Positions 61,401-64,000 of a stretch of 64,000 nucleotides of DNA are shown in pieces. The DNA is from Tubiluchus corallicola. Taxonomy: Eukaryota > Animalia > Priapulida. Where the stretch lies: contig JAQGDQ010000022.1 of NCBI GenBank assembly GCA_030141605.1, positions 992,001 through 1,056,000 of the forward strand, written 5' to 3'. The stretch's first letter is position 1. Each line of letters opens with the position of its first letter. A model generated the notes under the pieces. The model had not been told where the DNA came from, made no database searches, and worked only from the letters and a program-made list of their open reading frames with translations. A program made the position numbers and the translations under genes.

Positions 61401-63853
61401 AGATTGTGCGCTTGTTCCAACTTTAACCAGTAACTTTGAAACTAGCTAATCAAATTTATAAAGACATTCGTTAACCTGCGTTACTGTACCCATGATATTT
61501 TAGATTGTATATTTCGTCGCCCTGTTTCCTTATGTGATGCTGACAACTCTCTTGATCAGAGGGCTAACACTTGACGGCGCTGTAGATGGCATCATTTACT
61601 ACTTGGAGCCACAATGGGAGCCACTAGCAGACATTGTGGTAAGAAAATAAATTATTTAACTCTTTTTACATGCTCGTATATAGTTTTGTTCCTAGCGAAC
61701 CAGTTGCATTACAATCATCATCGTTATCATCCTCATTATAGTCGTCATCATCATCACCACACAATCTTTATTATTATCTGTCATCATCATAATCGTCAAC
61801 ATCGTTATCAGCTGCTCAGCTTTGCCTCGGCCATTAACGACGCCATCGGGCTGAAAATGAAGGACCTCGGGCCAAAAATGCTCGCAATGCCCAGAAAACT
61901 AGTATTATTGTTATAGAGCCGGGGTGGACGGGGGAGGCTCGTCGTAGTGGCGTAGCCACTTCGCAATACCATACACCCAAAATGTTGAGTACAAACTTTG
62001 TACTAATTAGTTTAGTTTTTCTAGTGTAATACGTAATCTTTATTAAAAATACTTTTTACAGAAAAGTATAAAATGTGAAACCAGGATAAAACGTATCTAC
62101 GGTGCTTTTTACAGACAAAAATGACAAGTTAAAAGATTACGGATAAAAGCCCAGAGAGCCAAGCCTATTTCCATATTCCCTTCGAAAGATAAATAATTGT
62201 TAAGATATACATTTTTTAAACATTTTTTAAAAAGTTTACTACTCTGAGCAAAATGTAGGCGCTCCTTACTCCATAGCTTGTCTGGCATAACTAGGCTCAT
62301 ACACGCAGTTTGTTTCCTGCATTAAATGAGGCAGGATTATCCACTATGCACCAGATGAGAACTGAAATTAATGTGTTTTTGTTTTCAGTGATTTGATCTT
62401 AATTTTACCAGGTGTGGCGGGACGCAGCAGTACAGATATTCTATTCTCTAAGCTGTTGCACCGGCGGACTCATTGCCATGTCCAGTTTCAATAAATTTCA
62501 TCATAATACTCACAGGTAAAATACACAATGTGCAGAGTGTGACAAGCGTGCTTCAAAACGCATGATGTTATTTTAGTTTAAGTAATCCGTTTATGTTAAC
62601 TAAGCAAATAAATAGAGGTCAAATAATAATTTGTGAAAGATTTGTATATAAGGTAACACATAAAACTTATTTTAGGAACTAAGAAATTGAAGTTATTTTT
62701 ATAGGTTGTACACAAATCAAAAATCAATAATGATAAATTTTACATTTTTTTATCAAGATTTTGCTGAAGCTGACATTGTCAAAACAACCATCGAATATTT
62801 GAAAAAATCTTCAAAAGGAATGTACAACTTTTTGGACTGAGCAATTCTTATATAACTCTGTATAGGCTTAACTGAAGAATAGTTAGTTGGCCTCTTGTTT
62901 GAGAGTTATGGAGACTTTTATCATACATTGATTGTTTTACCAGCCATGAAATTTAGTTTGAATTAGAGTGGAAACGCTAATGTGGTTGGATACGGCACAC
63001 GTCAAGTAAAATGTTATATATCTCCGGTACTTCTGGTATGACTTCCGCTTTATAAAAGCTCCCACCAGTGTTGCGTAAGCTACGAAATCTTGCCATTTAC
63101 TCATTATGCGACTAACAACGAGTATTCTAAATTTTTAGGAAAAAACAATGACAATAACATGACCAAGAGCTAGGGATCCCCCATCTTTTCATGTCGGTTC
63201 AAAAAATATAACATTGATTCGCTACTTCCGTGGCTAATTTATACAACTTGTAGTAATACCTTCATGGCTCTGAAAATATTTAACATAAACTTTTATAATA
63301 CCTTATAATGCACAAATTACTAATTTTATTTACTGTTTGTTTTTTTTTTGACTGAAATTTTCAAATTGTACATTTAATTTCAATTGCCTACAGTTTTTTT
63401 ACTTTTGACGGACCCTATAATTGCAGTGAATCTGTTTGGGTGATAGAAACAAGGGTAATTAATGCATAAATTTTTACAAAATAATTATTTGTTCAGGAGT
63501 CAATGTTAAGCTGACCATGAACCGCTACGATGATCAAAAAATGTGATCGAACCCGATTTTCTAGTACTACACATTAAGAAAGTTCGTTTATTAAACAACT
63601 AAGTTTCTTAATTCTTTGCTATTTTTTACTATTAGAAAAGAACACTTACCTCAGCCATATACCGCTTCATTGTGCACGTATAGTTTAATTATTATCAATT
63701 GTAAGCCAAAACATTTGTGTAAATACAGGGATGCAATATTGATACCGATTATTAACTGTGCAACCAGCATCTACGCAGGCATGGCTGTTTTTTCGACACT
63801 CGGTTTCATGGCGCTTGAAAAAAATACAACAGTGGCAGAAGTAGCCGAACAAG
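55415..63853 (+). CDS. SLC6 Na+/Cl- dependent amino-acid transporter (glycine/proline-transporter-like), 3' end outside window
   Basis: Exons 55415-55441 (tentative), 56188-56329, 58780-58911, 59737-59947, 60240-60372, 61504-61638, 62412-62515, 63729-63853; phases consistent. Motifs [71 protein letters not shown]. Confidence 0.95.
60080..60230. repeat. Degenerate trinucleotide (GTT/ATC/GCT) low-complexity tract
   Basis: Imperfect triplet repeats directly before an SLC6 acceptor site. Confidence 0.6.
61700..61810. repeat. Degenerate (CAT)n tract
   Basis: Imperfect CAT/CGT repeats in an SLC6 intron. Confidence 0.6.
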
Positions 63854-64000
63854 GTTTGTACAAACACATAAAATGACGTACTATTCATAGAATCAACTAG
63901 CATGGCTGAATAGACGAACTTATAGTGGACTAATTGTTTGTGAAAATATTTTAATATGGTATTTGTAAATATGTTCATTATATTGTATATAGTTTTTAGT

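Noticed and set aside
61614-61916. His-rich 100-aa ORF
   Set aside because: Intronic (CAT)n low-complexity tract read out of frame from an SLC6 exon.

Overview
AT-rich, intron-containing animal (invertebrate-like) genomic DNA, not prokaryotic. On the minus strand, a complete 7-exon Smad2/3 gene lies directly upstream of an inhibitory Smad6/7 gene whose MH2 exon appears to fall outside the window. A single-coding-exon ribokinase sits head-to-head with Smad2/3, followed by a 2-exon flavin-containing monooxygenase. Next is a cluster of three small secreted glycine/aromatic-rich proteins sharing one exon architecture (Trp/Phe-Gly, Tyr/Arg-Gly and His/Tyr-Gly types; the third is missed by the ORF track). 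The window ends with the first eight coding exons of an SLC6 amino-acid transporter. Introns and intergenic DNA carry pogo/Tigger, hAT and Harbinger-like non-autonomous elements, a LINE 3' remnant, tRNA-derived SINE-like heads, and a Penelope-like remnant with a minimal hammerhead ribozyme. Most notable: (i) the Gly/aromatic secreted-protein trio; (ii) an SBE-3bp-E-box module upstream of Smad6/7 with the same geometry as the mammalian Smad7 promoter; (iii) the Smad2/3-Smad6/7 linkage; (iv) the hammerhead. All gene models were spliced by eye from GT-AG sites and frame continuity; no database search was run.
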